Assembly: GCF_006345805.1 (NCBI RefSeq)
Contig: NC_043010.1
Coordinates: forward strand, 24,738,001-24,802,000
Length of the DNA stretch: 64,000 nt
Source of the DNA: Octopus sinensis
Lineage: Eukaryota
Direction: 5' to 3'
The translations under genes and the position numbers were made by a program. Positions 1-12,359 of this stretch are shown piece after piece (within the stretch, counting starts at the first letter, position 1; each line of letters starts with the position of its first letter). The notes under the pieces are model-generated. The model made no database searches. It had not been told where the DNA came from and saw nothing but the letters and a program-made list of their open reading frames with translations.

Positions 1-464
1 GGTTGCGGAAAAGCGTGCCTCACAAACGGCGACCACACCTGTTCACCGTCGTCTACGTAGATCCCTCTATCTATAGTAACCAAGCACACAGACACATATC
101 TGCTACAACACCACTATCTGTTTTTTTGACATCTACCCATCCACATACACATTCACGCACACACATACACACACATAGGTATTAATACAGTTATATTCAT
201 TCACTCACACAGACACTCATTCACAAAAGAATTTAACAAAACCCACCATACATACGACCTGTTCCAAATCACCTTACTTTTCGTAGGCCTCTCTCCCCCT
301 ACTTCGTTTGAACTCTTGAACCTTTAGAACCTTCTAGAATTTTCTACATTCAACCAGTTTGACGTCACTCCTTATAAAGGAATATTAAAGAGACACTCAT
401 TATCATTACCGCTATGCGCTCCGTGAGAGCAGTCATCTAAAAGTTTTTTGTGAATCTTGATGTT

Positions 465-578
465 GACATAAATTCCTTGTTTTTCCTGATGAGAAAGCGG
501 CATAATGTACTCTTTATTCCTTCACAATTAGGAATATGCAGCCTTCGAAACATATGTAGAAAATAAAGGAAATTTGTC
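465..578 (+). ncRNA. Minimal type I hammerhead ribozyme motif (Penelope-like element terminal-repeat type)
   Basis: Core CTGATGA at 486-492. Stem II GAAAGCGGCATA...TATGCAGCCTTC (493-546). GAAA at 547-550, then palindromic stem III ACATATGT. Cleavage triplet GTA at 556-558. Stem I 470-485 pairs with 559-575. Confidence 0.75.
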
Positions 579-602
579 GTTCAACTCCATTCTTTCATTT
601 AT

Positions 603-614
603 TCATATATATAA

Positions 615-678
<64 letters not shown>

Positions 679-715
679 TATATATATGCATGTATGTATG
701 TGCGTGTGTGTATGT
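603..715. repeat. (TA)n/(TG)n microsatellite
   Basis: Direct reading. Confidence 0.95.
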
Positions 716-990
716 TTGTGTGTCTGTGTTTGTCCCCCCACCATCGCTTGACAACCGATGCTGGTGTGCTTAAGTCCCCGTAACGTAGCGGTTCAGCAAA
801 AGAGAACGATAGTGTAAGTACTAGGCTTACGAAGAAGAAGTCCTGTGATCGATTTGCTCGACTAAAGGCAGTGCTCCAGCATGGCCGCACTCAAAATGAC
901 TGAAATAAATAATATATATATATATATTGGCGCAGGAGTGGCTGTGTGGTAAGTAGCTTACTTACCAACCATATGGCTCCGGGTTCAGTG
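716..990 (+). mobile_element. SINE family 1 fragments (3' tail 716-905, then tRNA-like head 929-990)
   Basis: Shared tail motif ...ggtgctccagcatggccgca...atgactgaaa and head ggcgcaggagtggctgtgtggtaagtagc, both repeated many times in the window. Confidence 0.8.
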
Positions 991-1014
991 TGTTTGTGTG
1001 TGTGTGTGTGTATC

Positions 1015-1310
1015 ACGAGATCACATGATTGGCCCGACTACTGGACCTTGTTATGCATCGCTCATCACAATACGCTTTACAATGTTGTTAACTTTCGAAT
1101 GATGCCACTCCGCTGGTGAGGAGTGCAAACCAACATTTCCCCTCACCCGACCCCACCCTGATTGGAAAGTTAGTTCGCCGTAGGGTGACCCATTTACGGC
1201 TGAGAGGACTGGAACAACATCAAATGAAGCGTTTCGATCAAGAAAACAATGCACTGCTCGAACTGGAAATTGAACCCGCGATCGCAAGAGCAACACTACC
1301 CACGCGCCTT
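1015..1310 (-). mobile_element. Old tRNA-derived SINE (family 4-like)
   Basis: The minus strand shows a tRNA-like head with B-box-like GGTTCAATTTCC and a central motif like the copies at 6171 and 19428. Confidence 0.55.
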
Positions 1311-1412
1311 TACTATGTGTGAGTGTTTGTACGTATTTTCATGTCTGTGTTTATACACACATGCATGTCTATGTGTGTATGCATGTGTGTGTATGTGTGT
1401 GGATTTATGTAT

Positions 1413-1629
1413 ACTCTTTTACTCTTTTCACTCTTTTACTTGTTTCAGTCATTTGACTGCGGCCATGCTGGAGCACCGCCTTTAGTCGAGCAAATCGACC
1501 CTAGTACTTATTCTGTCAGGTTCTTTTTGCCGAACCGCTAAGTTACGGGGACGTAAACACACCAGCATCGGTTGTCAAGTGATGTTGGGGTGGGACAGAC
1601 ACAGACACACACACACGCACATACATACA

Positions 1630-1664
<35 letters not shown>

Positions 1665-1785
1665 GCGACGGGCTTGTTTCAGTTTCCGTCTACCAAATCC
1701 ACTCACAAGGCTTTGGTCGGCCCGAGGCTATAGTAGAAGACACTTGCCCAAGGTACCACGCAGTGGGACTGAACCCGGAAACATG
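1413..1785 (-). mobile_element. SINE family 1 (head-microsatellite-tail), 5' truncated
   Basis: Tail with (GAGTAAAA)n end, internal (TACA)n, and head ...gaagacacttgcccaagg... Confidence 0.9.
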
Positions 1786-2200
1786 CGTCTATGTGCATGT
1801 ATGTCTGTGTGTGTGTGTATGGATGTATGTATGTGCGTGTGTATGTATGTGTATGTATGTGTATGTATGCATGTGTATATGTATGTGTGTGTGTACGTAT
1901 GTATGAGTGTGTATGTATGTGTATTTATGTATGTGTGTGTCTGTGTGCACATATGGATGAATGTATGTGCGTGTCTATGCATGTGTATGTAAATATGTGT
2001 GTATGTATGTGTATTTATGCATGTGTGTGTCTGTGTGTTTAAGCAAGCGACAAACACACGTACACTCATAAACATAGATACACAAACACGCATACACACA
2101 AATGTTATATGCGTGCCTCCGTGTTTCTGTCTACGCGTGTGTGTGCACATGCGCACGTACGTGCATGTATGTGTACATATTGTTGTGTATGATGTATGCC
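1786..2200. repeat. Degenerate (TG)/(TATG)n low-complexity tract
   Basis: Direct reading. Confidence 0.9.
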
Positions 2201-2554
2201 CAGCTTTAAATTAAAAACGAGGGCCCAAGTAAAATAAGACCTAACTTGGCGGTTGGATGAGTATAACAATGAGGAAGTCGAGTGATACAGAAAGAGGCGA
2301 CGGATGAAGATGGAAGAAATTCGTTGAAACGGGAGTAATTCTATTGAAATTTCTCAGTCCAAAGTAAATTCTTGACATAATTTTGACAATTATTGCAGAC
2401 ACACCCACATACATATATTTATATTTGTTTATATATGTATACATGCATATCGACCCGTAACTGGGAAAAACACATCTTATGTGTGGGCTTTACAGGTCGT
2501 TATGCTCAAAAAATTCGGTCTTCAAAACAAAGTCTTGTGTGCTCCTGTGTGTAG

Positions 2555-2609
2555 GTGTACACATACATACATACATACATAAATATACATATATATATAT
2601 AGATATATA

Positions 2610-2658
<49 letters not shown>

Positions 2659-2670
2659 TATATGTATATA

Positions 2671-2718
<48 letters not shown>

Positions 2719-2743
2719 CATATATAATATATATATATATATT

Positions 2744-2825
<82 letters not shown>

Positions 2826-2925
2826 TATATATATATTATATATATATATATGTATATACACATATATATACATATAAGCATAAACACATATATATAATTA
2901 TATATATATATGTATATATACATAA
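2555..2925. repeat. Long (TA)n microsatellite
   Basis: Direct reading. Confidence 0.95.
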
Positions 2926-3276
2926 ATATGACATTATTCTTTGAAACTTTTCAAAATGTTTCTTTGAACGTGAGGAGGTTTTCGCTTCCCAGAGCTTGTG
3001 CACAATCCCTTTAACATAGAACAAAGACACAGAAGAAAAGCAAAAAACAGAAATTCTTCGTTGAGCAGAAATATATATATATGTATATATATTATTATTA
3101 ATTCCAGTAGTGCCAAACCTGAGCATCTCAAAGAACTAAATGACATTGTTTGGAAAAATTTGAATTTAACTCAACCACGATTGAACTGTATAACTATTAT
3201 TTTCTTAAATATCAAAATATTTAAAGAAATTAATTCGATTTTTCTTTCACTTTTAAGGAGAGAAACAGGCGCCATT

Positions 3277-3396
3277 ATGTTAAAACCAATGTTAAATATC
3301 AGAATTTTCTTGTTTCCATTTTTGGTACTTCTCGTGATAGTATTTTCTGTCAAAGAAACCATTGCAGTGCCTGTCGGCAAAAAAAGTGTTTGTGAG
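3277..3396 (+). CDS. Gene A coding exon 1: signal peptide (MLKPMLNIRIFLFPFLVLLVIVFSVKETIAVPVGKKSVCE)
   Basis: ATG at 3277, hydrophobic core, and a strong donor GAG|GTAAGC (phase 0). It is 120 nt, the same as the paralogous exon at 48643, and both end K-S-[VI]-C-E. An acceptor-like ttttaag ends at 3257, suggesting an upstream UTR exon. Confidence 0.88.
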
Positions 3397-4372
3397 GTAA
3401 GCAATTTTTTTTAACTTTTCATTAACCTCAATTCGATATGAACGATTATTCTTAATGTTGGACGACAGTGCCGCATATCAAACCACCCCATATGGTATCC
3501 AAAGGAATTTCATTCTATTAATCAGTGAAATTTATCTCGCCATGAAGAACGCCATAACCGTTAACTCGTCGATTTGGCGTTTCATTTCTCTGTCTTTTCT
3601 ATTTCTTCAAAAACCATCTATTTCTCCTTCTCTAACTTAGAATAACTTCATCTAAAACCTGCCTGAAGTATTAGAGTGAATAGAGCATTGTGAGTGAATT
3701 GCACTTTGTGTCTTTGTTTTTTGGTAGAGTCATTTTGTCGTTCAAAATGCACATGCATTGTTATATTTGTATTTATACTAAAATTATCCGTTACACATTT
3801 ATGATTTGATCATTAACATTGGATTTCTAGAACAAAACTCTTGCAAAGAACCTTCAACAAAAGAATATCTTAAATTTGCTTAGTCTTGTTTAAGTAAGAC
3901 GTTGTGCTCCTGAGATGAGTAGAAACGAAATATCGACATCGATATCAGGAAATCTGAGTGAAAAAGCTAATTTGTATTCAAGTGTTCCGATTGTGTCTAT
4001 GCCGTCTTTTTTCTTCATTTTAGGCATCTAGAACTACGGTATCAAACTTGTCTTTCCAACGTATTCTTTGCGATTTAGTAAGAAACTTTTGTTTCGGGTA
4101 TTCTTTAACCCAGGTTACAACTTTTGTTATATTTGAACCCTTTATATCCCTTTATTTTTATTTCATTTGTAAATATATATTTTTTTGTGTGTGGATTTCA
4201 TTAAGGAATAAGCAATTCCAATCACGCAGGTTCATGAGCATCCTCTCTCATTTCTTCTGCATATAACGGATCTGAAGCTCACTACTGTAATAGAAACACA
4301 CAGTTCAAACTAGGACCCAAAGAGATGTGTACACATACGCTGTGATGTCACCATAAGGGTGTCTGACACAAC

Positions 4373-5200
4373 CGAATTAAAGGTGATCGGCATTGTTCTA
4401 AAGGATTACGAAATTGTGAGAGGGACAAAAATTAACATGGACAAATAGAGAGACTGGTCCGTGTCAATTGCCTTCCATCTCTGAACATGGAGAGGCAAAC
4501 TTGAGCAACGTGGGCCGCTTGACAGTCAGAGTGGCTAAACTGCTTGGGACCTGGTTCAGTCCGATCTTGACATCCAGTTGGGTAAAGATAGCTGTGGAGT
4601 TGCGAGAAAAATGCAGTTCTTCGTTGAGCAGTTGCCAAAACTGGGCGCCTGGCATCTGGAATCTTATCAGACGCTCACAGCTCTCTACTAGTGAGGCAAT
4701 ACGGGTTGGGAGGGCTTTCAAATTTACAACTTATAAAGGAAAGAACAATGACGGACTTGATGGGAAAACTCTGGTCGTCACCGAGTTTGTCTAGCCAGCT
4801 CATACTAAAGTCTTTGGCCCCGGGTGCAATAGATGACTGCAGAAATCCTTACCTTGACAGTGCACCTGACAACATTACTGGTTCGAGATTAACTCTACTG
4901 ATACGGAAATGCAGTCAGCCGGAAATGTCTGGGATACGCGGAAACTGACGAAATCGTTTTGCACGCAGTATTTCAGTGTCCCAGCATTACTGACATGCAG
5001 TAGTATTATAAGTACAAACTTCATGTTGCATGCAGAAGAGATCTGGCTATCGAATGGACTCTCTATAAAGATCGCTCCGCCGCCTTGTTTTGATCGAAGT
5101 GAGAAGTATTCACAAAACTGGATACGGTGGTCGATAAAATGATCAAGTGCTGCGATGCATGTAATCGACTGCACTAACCGTCAAAAATGTATGCCCTGTA
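4373..5200 (+). mobile_element. Degenerate L1/Tx1-like LINE ORF2 fragment (post-RT and C-terminal zinc region)
   Basis: Translation (LGTWFSPIL...W...) matches the FGPDLQ..NW..V...W..RKLSLKGRA motif of the copy at 24750-25475. Many stops and frameshifts. Confidence 0.6.
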
Positions 5201-5244
5201 CCTATATTAGAAGTTAATATAATTTTCAAGGAGGCCAATTGGAG

Positions 5245-5800
5245 GAACCGTTAGCTCGCTGGGCGAAATTCTTCACGGTACTTCGTTCAGCTCTACGTTC
5301 CGTCGAGGTCGACTTCGTCTTTCATCGTCGATATAATAGAACCAGTCGACCACTGGGATCTATGTGATTGACTATCCTCCTCCTCCTCTTCCTCCAAATT
5401 TCCAGTCTTGTTCCTTATACTAGAAAGAGCTGGTAGAATCGTTAGCACGGTAAGCGAAATGCTTAGCGGGATTTTGTCCGTCTTCACGTTCTGAGTTCGA
5501 ATTCTGCCGAGGCCGACTTTGCCTTTCATCCTTTCGGGGTCGATTAAAATACGTAACAGTTATGCACTGGGGTCGATCTAATCGACTTAATCCCCCTCCC
5601 CCACGCTGCCCTTGTGGCAAGAATTCGAACTCATTATTATTTTCGCCTCCCACCACCAACCTTTATATACTGAATTCAAATTCCACCAAGACCAAACTTT
5701 GTCTTTTATCTTTTCTGAGTCGATTAAAATAAAGTACCAGACGATAGATTCGACCAACCACATTCTCTCAAATATCGATAGCCTTGTGCCCAAGTCGAAT
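5245..5800 (+). mobile_element. Cluster of SINE family 2 copies (5245-5370, 5425-5620, degenerate 5650-5800)
   Basis: Motif gagctggcagaatcgttagcac...gttctgagttcaaattccgccgaggtcgactttgcctttcatcc... Confidence 0.8.
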
Positions 5801-6170
5801 TTGATCATATTTACACCATTTATCCGTGCCCACATAGAAAGGTCGGAATATTATTCAGTGGACATAACAGACGATTCGATCGCATCCGTACATAAATCGG
5901 ATCTGGCAAGGACAGAGCAAAGGAATTGGTCTAATTAATCCGGTTAACTAATCTATATTCGGTATTATCATCACGCATTATTTTACTTTTGTAATTATTT
6001 CTAGCAAAGGATTAACCCCATGCAGTTAAAATCAAACTTTTATTTCTGATTTTAGTCCAGAGCTTTTGGGCCATTGCTGACTTTCACTCTGGCTTCATTT
6101 CTTTCTGTGGAATCCTGCGAAGCATTGGCCGGGAACGGTGTTGCTTTTCAGTAAAGTTTGGAGTGAATTC

Positions 6171-6400
6171 GCGTGGCCTAGTGGCTAGGAGCTACACTCA
6201 CTATCTTACGATAGTGGTTTCGATTCCAAAACCGGGCGGTGCGTTGTGTTCTTGCGCAAAAATCCTCATTTCACGTTGCTTCAGTCCACTCAGCTGTAAA
6301 AGAGGGCCAACAACAGCTGCAAAGTTAACCCTGTAACAGATCAGCGTCTCGTTCAATGGGGCGGAGAGTGTTATAATTTCAATCAAATACTCTTCACAGA
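6171..6400 (+). mobile_element. SINE family 4 (tRNA head plus central CTTGAGCAAG-like domain)
   Basis: gcgtggcctagtggctagg...gtttcgattcc...gttgtgttcttg..atttcacgttgc..cagtccactcagctg; paralogs at 19428, 28087 and 46268. Confidence 0.75.
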
Positions 6401-6959
6401 AACTGGCTGAAGCTCCGAGTCCAAACGCTGATGAGAGTCCGAAGTTTAAGTAGTCTGAAACTCCGGTTTGATTTTATCCCTAGTTTGGGGCCATTTTTTA
6501 AATATTTCTCTTGTTTTGTGCTTATTTAAATCTCTTTCTTAAATGTAGTTTATTTCTAGGTTGTATTTTATTCATTTTTTTAGCGGGACACAGAATTTTG
6601 GAAGAATATTCCCTTATCACGCTAACCAAGTAACTCCTAAGTATATTTCTGACCCTACGTTTTAAAAGTCTTTATTTGTATCAGGCCCCATCCTCCTTGT
6701 ATACGGAACAGGTATATTCTACACACATAAGCTTTGGACTGTTGCCTTTGAAAGGCACTTACTAATTTCTCGTTTTGCTTTGTATTCTTTCTCTTTCTCT
6801 TTCTAACCTCTTCATTTCACTCGACTTCTCGTTTAGACTGAAATTGTAAATCACGACTGTATCTATTCCCGTTACCTTATTTGTCGTATTCAGTTTCACT
6901 TTGTTCATACGTGTGTGTGTGTGTGTATGTGTGTGTGTGTGTGTGTGCGCGCGCGCGCA

Positions 6960-7120
6960 TGACAACCGATGTGGTGTGTTTACGGCCTTGAAACGTAACG
7001 GTTCGGCAAAAGAAAGCTGATAAAATGAATACAAGGTTTATAAGAATATGTCCTGAGGCCCATTCGTTCGTCTAAAATTCTTCAAGACTGTGCCCCAGCA
7101 TGGCCGCAGTCTCATCGCTG
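6960..7120 (+). mobile_element. SINE family 1 tail fragment after a (TG)n tract
   Basis: gacaaccgat...cggttcggcaaaaga...ccagcatggccgcagtc. Confidence 0.75.
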
Positions 7121-7220
7121 AAACAAATCAAAGATAAAAGAAAGATAATATTCTCTTTTCTCCTTTATTTTGTACGTTGTATGAGTTTGTTTTTTTGTTT
7201 TTTTTATCTGCTTCTAATTA

Positions 7221-7450
7221 TTGGGTTGGTGCATAATTATTGCGGCTTTTTCCCCACCAAATTTTATTCAACAAAGACAAAAATAACATGTAACAAAAAC
7301 ATCTTTAAATGATTATTCCGGAGCATATTCGCCATCTACTTCAGTTACTGCTTCCCATTTGCTTGGCAGATGGTCAGACCATCATTTAAAGATATTTTTC
7401 ATAGATATTGTTATTGTTTTTGCTGAATAAAAATTTGTCGAAAAAAAGCT
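7221..7450. mobile_element. Mariner-derived MITE-like remnant
   Basis: Begins TA-TTGGGTTGGTGCATAATTATTGCGGCTTTTT, resembling the cecropia-type (Hsmar1/MADE1) TIR. A second copy lies at 13976-14180. Confidence 0.6.
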
Positions 7451-7474
7451 CCTTACCACACGTCTACACCTGCG

Positions 7475-8394
7475 CTTGCCCAATGTTCCGATCTATTGTC
7501 CCTTTTTCTATTCTCTACTGCAACCACACTAAGGCACCAATTTAAAGGGTTTCGTCGAGCCAACTGATCTTTTTCTATCGAACTTAGGAAAGTTACGGTG
7601 CCGTTAACAAACCAACACCGGCTTGTCAAGCGGTGGAGGACGGACACAAACGCAAATACACATAGACACGCACATACACACACACACACATATACATCCG
7701 ACGGGCTTCTTTTAGTTTTCGTCTAGCAAATCCATTCTTATGTAGGAGACACTTCCCCAAGGTGGCGTGCAGTGGGATGGAAACCAAAACCAACAGGTTG
7801 AGACTGAAGCTTCTTACCAAACAGCCACGTCTGGACAAAAAAGTTTAATGCAAGTTTTATTTTATTTTATTCTCTTGCGTGTTTCAATCATTTGACTGCG
7901 GCCGTGCTGGAGCACCGACTTTCGTCGAACAAATCGACCCCAGGACTTATTCTTTGTAAGCCTAGTACTTATTCTATCAGCATCTTTTGCCGAATCACTA
8001 AATTACGGGGATGTAAACATTCAAACATCGGTTGTCAAGGACAGACACCCAAATACATACATACATACATATATACATACATACATACACACATACATAC
8101 ATACACATACATACACATACATACACACACATACACACACACATACACACACATACATACACACACATACATACACACATACATACACACACATACACAC
8201 ATACATACACACATACATACATACACACATATATATATACGACGGGCGTATTTCAGTTTCCGTCTACCAAATCCACTCACAAGACTTTTGTCGGCCCGAG
8301 GCTATCGCAGAAGACACTTGCCTCAGGTGCCTTTCAGTGGGACTGAACCCGGGACCATGTTGTTGGGAAGAAAGCTTCTTGCCACACAGCCACT
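7475..8394 (-). mobile_element. Two adjacent SINE family 1 copies (7475-7830 and 7870-8394)
   Basis: Both show tail + (CA/TACA)n + head on the minus strand. Confidence 0.85.
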
Positions 8395-9390
8395 ACAACT
8401 CTTTTCCAGTTTTGTACTTTTTTATTTCCTATATACTTATAAAACTTTTATTGCTTTTTTCTTTTTTTTTAATTTCATTTGTCACTTTTACAGCTGCCTT
8501 GTAACTTCTTCACAAAGAATTTATCAGATATTCCAATGCCAACTTCCGTTCTTCCAATACTTATTACATTACACACGTTAATAAGAATTGTCATAAAACG
8601 TTGAACACAATTGAGATTTCTTTCGCTTCTTAATTTCCGGCTGTAAATAACAGCTAATGTTATTTACGTTAAATTCACATCAATATATCCACTAACTTGT
8701 ACAGAAAGTTTTCACTAGATATTATTCTATCGCCAAAGAGACCGACCGTATCAAAACTAAATATAGCGAATTAAGGAACAAAATTGACAACACTAAGGTG
8801 TTCGCAAGGATGCTTTTAGAAAATAGAACCCCTTGAAGCAGTAATTAGAACGTGGTCAAAGGGGATCGAAGTAAAATAAGAACAGAACAAAGGGGTCATC
8901 TAACCACCGCCAGGATTCCAGATATTTCAGGATCCTTCATTTAAGTAAATTTGTTGCCTATGCGAGTTGTTATAGGAAGAGAGAAGAACTACACACACAG
9001 ATCACCGATTCGAAATCTACTTGAAGGTGCTACTTATCCCAGATATGAATCCCTGATCCCGACAGAATATGGCAGAATGACAGAATACTTGAGTGGAAAT
9101 TCCATCAAATGATAACGTCGAGAATCCTATGGAATGAATAAAATATAAAAGGTTTTACATAGTGCAATCTGCCCTTTACATACATTTGGATATTTACAAA
9201 TGCACTGGTATCGCCTATTAAAATATATCTCGATATATGTCAGAATAAAGAAATTATGGTTTCTGTCCATACCTTCATTAGAATTAATGTAAGTGACGTA
9301 TTTAAGAAGCCATATTTATAAGTCATCCGCCATTAGGCACTATCAATCACTTTAAGTATCACCATTTATCAAGATATTATTTAAAAAGAA

Positions 9391-9623
9391 GGCGGCGAGC
9401 TGGCAGAATCGTTAGCACGCCGGGCGAAATGCTAAGAGGTATTTCGTCTGCCGTTACGTTCTGAGTTCAAATTCCGCCGAGGTCGACCTTGCCTTTAATC
9501 CTTTCGGGGTCGATAAATTAAGTACCAGTTACGCACTGAGGTCGATGTAATCGACTTAATCCGTTTATCTGTCCTTGTTTGTCCCCTCTATGTTTAGCCC
9601 CTTGTGGGCAATAAAGAAATAAG
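9391..9623 (+). mobile_element. SINE family 2, near full length
   Basis: ggcggcgagctggcagaatcgttagcacgccgggcgaaatgc...cccttgtgggcaataaagaaataag. Confidence 0.9.
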
Positions 9624-9676
9624 ATGTTATTAAATGATTTCAGAGCCACAGTCCATATAGTCTTGCTAACTGCAGG

Positions 9677-10070
9677 GTGGAGGCGCAATGGCCCAGTGGT
9701 TAGGGCAGCGGACTCGCGGTCATAGGATCGCGGTTTCGATTCCCAGACCGGGCGTTGTGAGTGTTTATTGAGCGAAAACACCTAAAGCTCCACGAGGCTC
9801 CGGCAGGGGATGGTGGTGATCCCTGCTGTACTCTTTCACCACAACTTTCTCTCACTCTTACTTCCTGTTTCTGTTGTACCTGTATTTCAAAGGGCCGGCC
9901 TTGTCACTCTCTGTGTCACGCAGAATGTCCCCGAGAACTACGTTAAGGGTACACGTGTCTGTGGAGTGCTCAGCCACTTACATGTTAATTTCACGAGCAG
10001 GCTGTTCCGTTGATCGGATCAACCGGAACCCTCATCGTCGTAACCGACGGAGTGCTTCCATAAAAAAAAA
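9677..10070 (+). mobile_element. SINE family 3, full length with A-tail and target-site duplication
   Basis: tRNA-like head (A box tggcccagtggttagg, B box ggtttcgattccc), A-tail at 10062-10070, and 12-bp TSD GCTAACTGCAGG at 9665-9676 and 10071-10082. Confidence 0.9.
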
Positions 10071-10170
10071 GCTAACTGCAGGTCTTTGTATATGTGATAA
10101 TGTCGTCCATAGTTTAATATTTCAAATATTTCTGCATTTCAGCCATTCATGTATGTCTGTTCTCTTCTAG

Positions 10171-10459
10171 GTATTCTCGAACCATACTGTGATGCTGAAA
10201 AATTCAACAATAATTTACTCAAGTGTAACAAACACACTAACTTCATCTTTCCCACTGAAAGACTCATTTCTGTTCACTCTGGAACATTACATATGTCCAA
10301 GGAAAGATGACCGCACACCAGCCACGCAGGAATGTTTCATGAAACACCCAATGAAGCTGACCCATATTACATACACAACTGAAGCTCTCATAGGCATCGT
10401 AATTCTTCCATCAGATATGGACTGCTCACACTGCGTGGTACAATGGATCATTGAACCAG
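10171..10459 (+). CDS. Gene A coding exon 2: AA15 LPMO-like (chitin-binding type 4-like) beta-domain core, without copper histidines
   Basis: Acceptor ttctcttctag|GTA (phase 0) and donor CCAG|GTAAAT (phase 1); 289 nt. Translation VFSNHT...YICPRKDDRTPATQECF...LPSDMDCSHCVVQWIIEP resembles the AA15 motifs FEFRxCP, TQECL and LPxxLxCxHCVLQW. It aligns gap-free with 49583-49871. Confidence 0.9.
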
Positions 10460-10517
10460 GTAAATATACGTATTGACCGCACACCGTTATATCTTTCGCA
10501 GTTTCTCTTCTCTTATA

Positions 10518-10975
10518 AGGTGACGAGCTGGCAGAAACGTTAGCCCGCCGGGCGAAATGCTTAGCCGTATTTCGTCTGTCGTTACGTTCTGAGTTCAAAT
10601 TCCGCCGAGGTCGACTTTGCCTTTCATTCTTTCGGGGTCGATAAATTAAGTACCAGTTGCGTACTGGGGTCGATCTAATCGACTGTCTCCATCCCCCAAA
10701 AAAATTTCAGGCCTTGTACCTAGAGTAGAAAAGAGTATATTTCCTACAATCAAAGCAGCAGCCGACAGAAGCGTTAGCACGCCGGACGAAATGATTAGCG
10801 GTTTTTCGTCTGTATTTACATTCTGGGTTCAAATTCCACCGCGGTCGATTTTGCCTTTCATCCTTTCAAGGTTGATAAATTAAGTACTAGTTTCGTACTG
10901 GGGTCGATCTAATCGACTGGCCCCCATCCATCAAAAAAATTTCAGGCCTTGTCCCTAGAGTTGAAAAGAATTTCT
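10518..10975 (+). mobile_element. Two tandem SINE family 2 copies (10518-10735 and 10755-10975)
   Basis: Same head and body repeated back to back. Confidence 0.85.
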
Positions 10976-11612
10976 CTTCTGAACCAATAAGGTATCGAAA
11001 CTGAAGTTTAACGTTATCAATTTACACCTTTTCCTTTGGAATCGGTGTGTCACTGGGCACAAACAAACAAAAATAATAAAAAGATTATTCTGTGGACAGG
11101 CTAAAATGTATAATGTTTGTGAAATATGTGTCTATCGTTTCTTGAAGTACGTTTTTTTACTTTTTTATTTATTTATTTATTTTGGTCTTGAACCAAAGCA
11201 TCTGACTATTTTTCTCCTACCTCATTTGCATGAAGAATATGTAGCAGAAATTTTGATAAAAATTACCTGAGATTCTTTATGTGGTTAATAATACAATTTA
11301 CAGACCCAATTTATGAAAACTTAATACAAATTTGACAAACGGTATTATTTTATTACAAAATAAATTTTGAAATTTCAGCAGATTTGCAATTATATAATTG
11401 TAATAATGGTTTGTTTCTGTTTAATTTTTTCATCAATGAGTTCTAATTCTTAACTTATAAACATAATGCAAAGCTCTAAGTAGCGACATTGGTTCTGAAT
11501 AGCAATCGTTATGGTAATTCAAATATTTAAGTTTCAACAAATCTACTGAACGAAGAAAAATCCGGCAATGTTTTTTATGTTCGTTACTTACATGGTTTAC
11601 TTCTCCACTCAT

Positions 11613-11895
11613 GCGCAGGAGTGGCTGTGTGGTAAGTAGCTTGCTTACCAACCACATGGTTCCGGGTTCAGTCCCACTGCAAGGCACCTTGGGCAAGTGT
11701 CTTCTACTATAGCCTCGAGTCGACCAAAGCCTTGCGAGCGTATTTAGTAGACGGAAACTGAAAGAAGTCTGTCGTATAAAAAATCCCGTCAGAATAAGTA
11801 CTAGGCTTACAAAGAATAAGTCTTGGGGTCGATTTGCTCGACTAAAGGCGGTGCTCCAGCATGGCCGCAGGGAAATGACTGAAACAAATAAAAGA
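11613..11895 (+). mobile_element. SINE family 1 with internal deletion
   Basis: Head gcgcaggagtggctgtgtgg... joined directly to the tail. Confidence 0.85.
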
Positions 11896-12359
11896 ATTAT
11901 AATTCCGTTCTCTAAATTTACCTTGATTATAAAAGCTTAACTTATCTCACACTGTGAAGTCTGTACAGGTAAAACCATAGCAGCTTTGCTTTATTTTTCT
12001 TTAACATAGATTCTTTAATGCGATGAGGTTTTCGATACAGTTCCATTGCACATCATCTTAGGCAAGAACAAGGAGTTATGGGCCTTTAACTTTTTGATGG
12101 AGTAGCAGGGACGCTATCTTAACATAACAACGTGCCTTTGGCATACCAAGATTGCCGGTATACCAACGTCCTCCAGTACTTACAACATACGATTTCTTAT
12201 ATAAGAACAAATCTTATATAGGAACAATCTTATATAAGAACAAGAGACTCAGATACTCCTTCAGCGTCAAATATACTAGTTAAGTTATAAAATAGAGAAC
12301 ATTCAGTAAGCCATATGCTATGATGCACCACATATAATACTATGTTAACTATATATATA

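Noticed and set aside
5612-5938. 108-aa ORF in gene A intron 1 as a possible missing LPMO N-terminal exon
   Set aside because: It overlaps a degenerate SINE family 2 copy and has no HG/PPSR/CGG-like motifs or paralog in gene B.
6421-6470. CTGATGA...GAAACTCCGGTT hammerhead-like motif
   Set aside because: The core words are present but stems I and II pair poorly; at best a decayed relic.
8492-8600. Acceptor-like site (tttcatttgtcacttttacag) followed by a short open frame
   Set aside because: There is no good donor and no similarity to AA15 or to gene B, whose 820-bp intron 1 has no equivalent.
9679-9750. tRNA-like sequences at SINE heads (also 11613, 19428, 22622, 39649)
   Set aside because: They are SINE 5' domains lacking a full cloverleaf and continuing into SINE bodies; not called as tRNA genes.
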